Origin: Chiloscyllium plagiosum
Lineage: Eukaryota
NCBI RefSeq assembly: GCF_004010195.1
Contig: NC_057718.1
Span: 17,399,875-17,422,672 of the forward strand
Length of the DNA stretch: 22,798 nt
Direction of reading: 5' to 3'
The notes beneath the pieces were generated by a model, which worked only from the letters and a program-made list of their open reading frames with translations, searched no databases and was not told the DNA's origin. Shown in pieces: positions 21,675-22,798 of this stretch (positions within the stretch are counted from its first letter, which is position 1; each line of letters starts with the position of its first letter). The translations under genes were made by a program, and so were the position numbers.

Positions 21675-22250
21675 ATATTTAATGAAGTAGCAGAAGGTTG
21701 ATGAGAATATGGTTGATATGTTTCTTGATTTTAAATGCTGTTTCACCAAATACTATTAAATATATTTGTGTGCAGAATTTGTGCTAATGGAAATTAAGAC
21801 AGCATCAGTTTGGCTTTTAAATGTGGCTAAGACATTCAAAGCTGAGTGCATTGAGGAGCAGTTGCTTTTCAGCCCCAAGAAGGCAGACAATAGAGTTCCT
21901 TTTGATTCAACGTTGGGATCACTGTTTTGGATCTTTTGTCAATAACCTCAACATGGGAATACAGGGTATCATTTTAATACTTTACACGATGTGAAAATCT
22001 GAAATATAGCAAATAATGAGGCTGATAGTAAAAGGCCACAGGAGGATATAAGTGACACATTCAATGCCAAAAAAATAGAATAGGAAGAACGACGAGAGGT
22101 AATATGAACTAACTGGCACTCTTTTAAAAGGGTTTGCAGAACCGTGAGACTTTGGAGTATATGTCCACAAATCTTTGGAGCTAGCAGAGGAGGTTGAGAT
22201 GGCTGTTCATAAATGCAAGGATCCCAAATGCTTTCTAAATAATACATTTC
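21675..22250 (+). mobile_element. Ancient, highly decayed CR1 RT fragment
   Basis: Degenerate GVP..S.LG.L (AGAGTTCCTTTTGATTCAACGTTGGGATCACTG), Q.DI (CAGGAGGATATA) and RDFGVYVHKSL (AGACTTTGGAGTATATGTCCACAAATCTTTG). Confidence 0.6.
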
Positions 22251-22324
22251 ACAGCACAGAATCAGATAAGTTAATTGTTGTTTTAAGTCTGTCCAATAGA
22301 AAGGCTGAAGTAGTGAGTACAGTG

Positions 22325-22798
22325 GATTCTTTCTTGATTATATGTTTTTGGAGATAAGTCTCTTGATGAAACTTAAAATATAAGCCATAGCTATAATTTA
22401 ACCTGGGGCAGTGTTTATAGAGGAATAAGACGGTGTTATTTTCTGGGTCTGTAGATTGTGAAGGAGCAAAAATGGCCGTTGCAGTGATATGTACTTCTTG
22501 TCAGATGTGGGAGTTTAAAGAGAGTTTAAGGGTTACTGCGGATTTTATCTGCCAGAAGTGCTGTTGGATGCAAATCTTATCAGATCGAGTGGATCGGTTG
22601 GAGAGACAAATAGAAGCGATGAGGAATTTGCAACAGGAATTTGCATACAATTTGTATGTGATGGATGGCAGTTATAGAAAGGGGGGGGGATGTCTCCGAT
22701 ACAGTCACATAGATGGCTTAACTCCAGGAAGGGTAAGAGAGGTAGGCAGCTAGAGCAGGAGTCTTTTGTGGATATACCCATTTCAAACAGGTATGCTG
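22325..22798 (+). mobile_element. 5' region and ORF1 N-terminus of a CR1 LINE (zinc finger/leucine zipper); runs off the window; 5' boundary uncertain
   Basis: From ATG 22472: MAVAVICTSCQMWE...FICQKCCWMQILSDRVDRLERQIEAMRNL, i.e. CxxC-x16-CxxC followed by a heptad coiled coil, as in vertebrate CR1 ORF1p. Confidence 0.8.

Noticed and set aside
1..22798. Prokaryotic RT system (retron, DGR, CRISPR-RT)
   Set aside because: All RT pieces are broken non-LTR retrotransposon ORF2 in a spliceosomal intron.
12186..22798. Next FEZ2 exon (expected ..SDDEELREQLDMHSII..)
   Set aside because: Not seen by eye; probably beyond the window.

Overview
Eukaryotic genomic DNA, almost certainly cartilaginous fish (shark): HE1/V-SINE-like SINEs, HER1/CR1 LINEs, a Deu-domain SINE and Penelope-type inverted repeats dominate. 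The only host coding sequence is one 109-nt internal exon on the + strand (12077-12185; IWNALTDNYGNVMAVDWKTSHTRALHLPTLNLSEKA) that I recognise as FEZ2; the rest is intron. Other ORFs in the track are decayed LINE fragments or noise. Most notable: (1) a ~138-bp stop-free internal fragment of ATP synthase subunit g (ATP5MG/ATP5L) coding sequence, apparently spliced, inserted in an old LINE with no poly(A), no TSD and a junction microhomology (18013-18150), which suggests a cDNA/RNA-templated repair patch; (2) two Penelope-like palindromes with minimal hammerhead-ribozyme cores, one with perfect 84-bp arms and a 13-14 bp TSD (9203-9413); (3) an in-frame 12-bp minisatellite born in the RT motif of a dead LINE; (4) nested TE insertions, a probable solo LTR and a spaced 156-bp duplication. 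All family and gene names come from my recall of consensus sequences, not from database searches.
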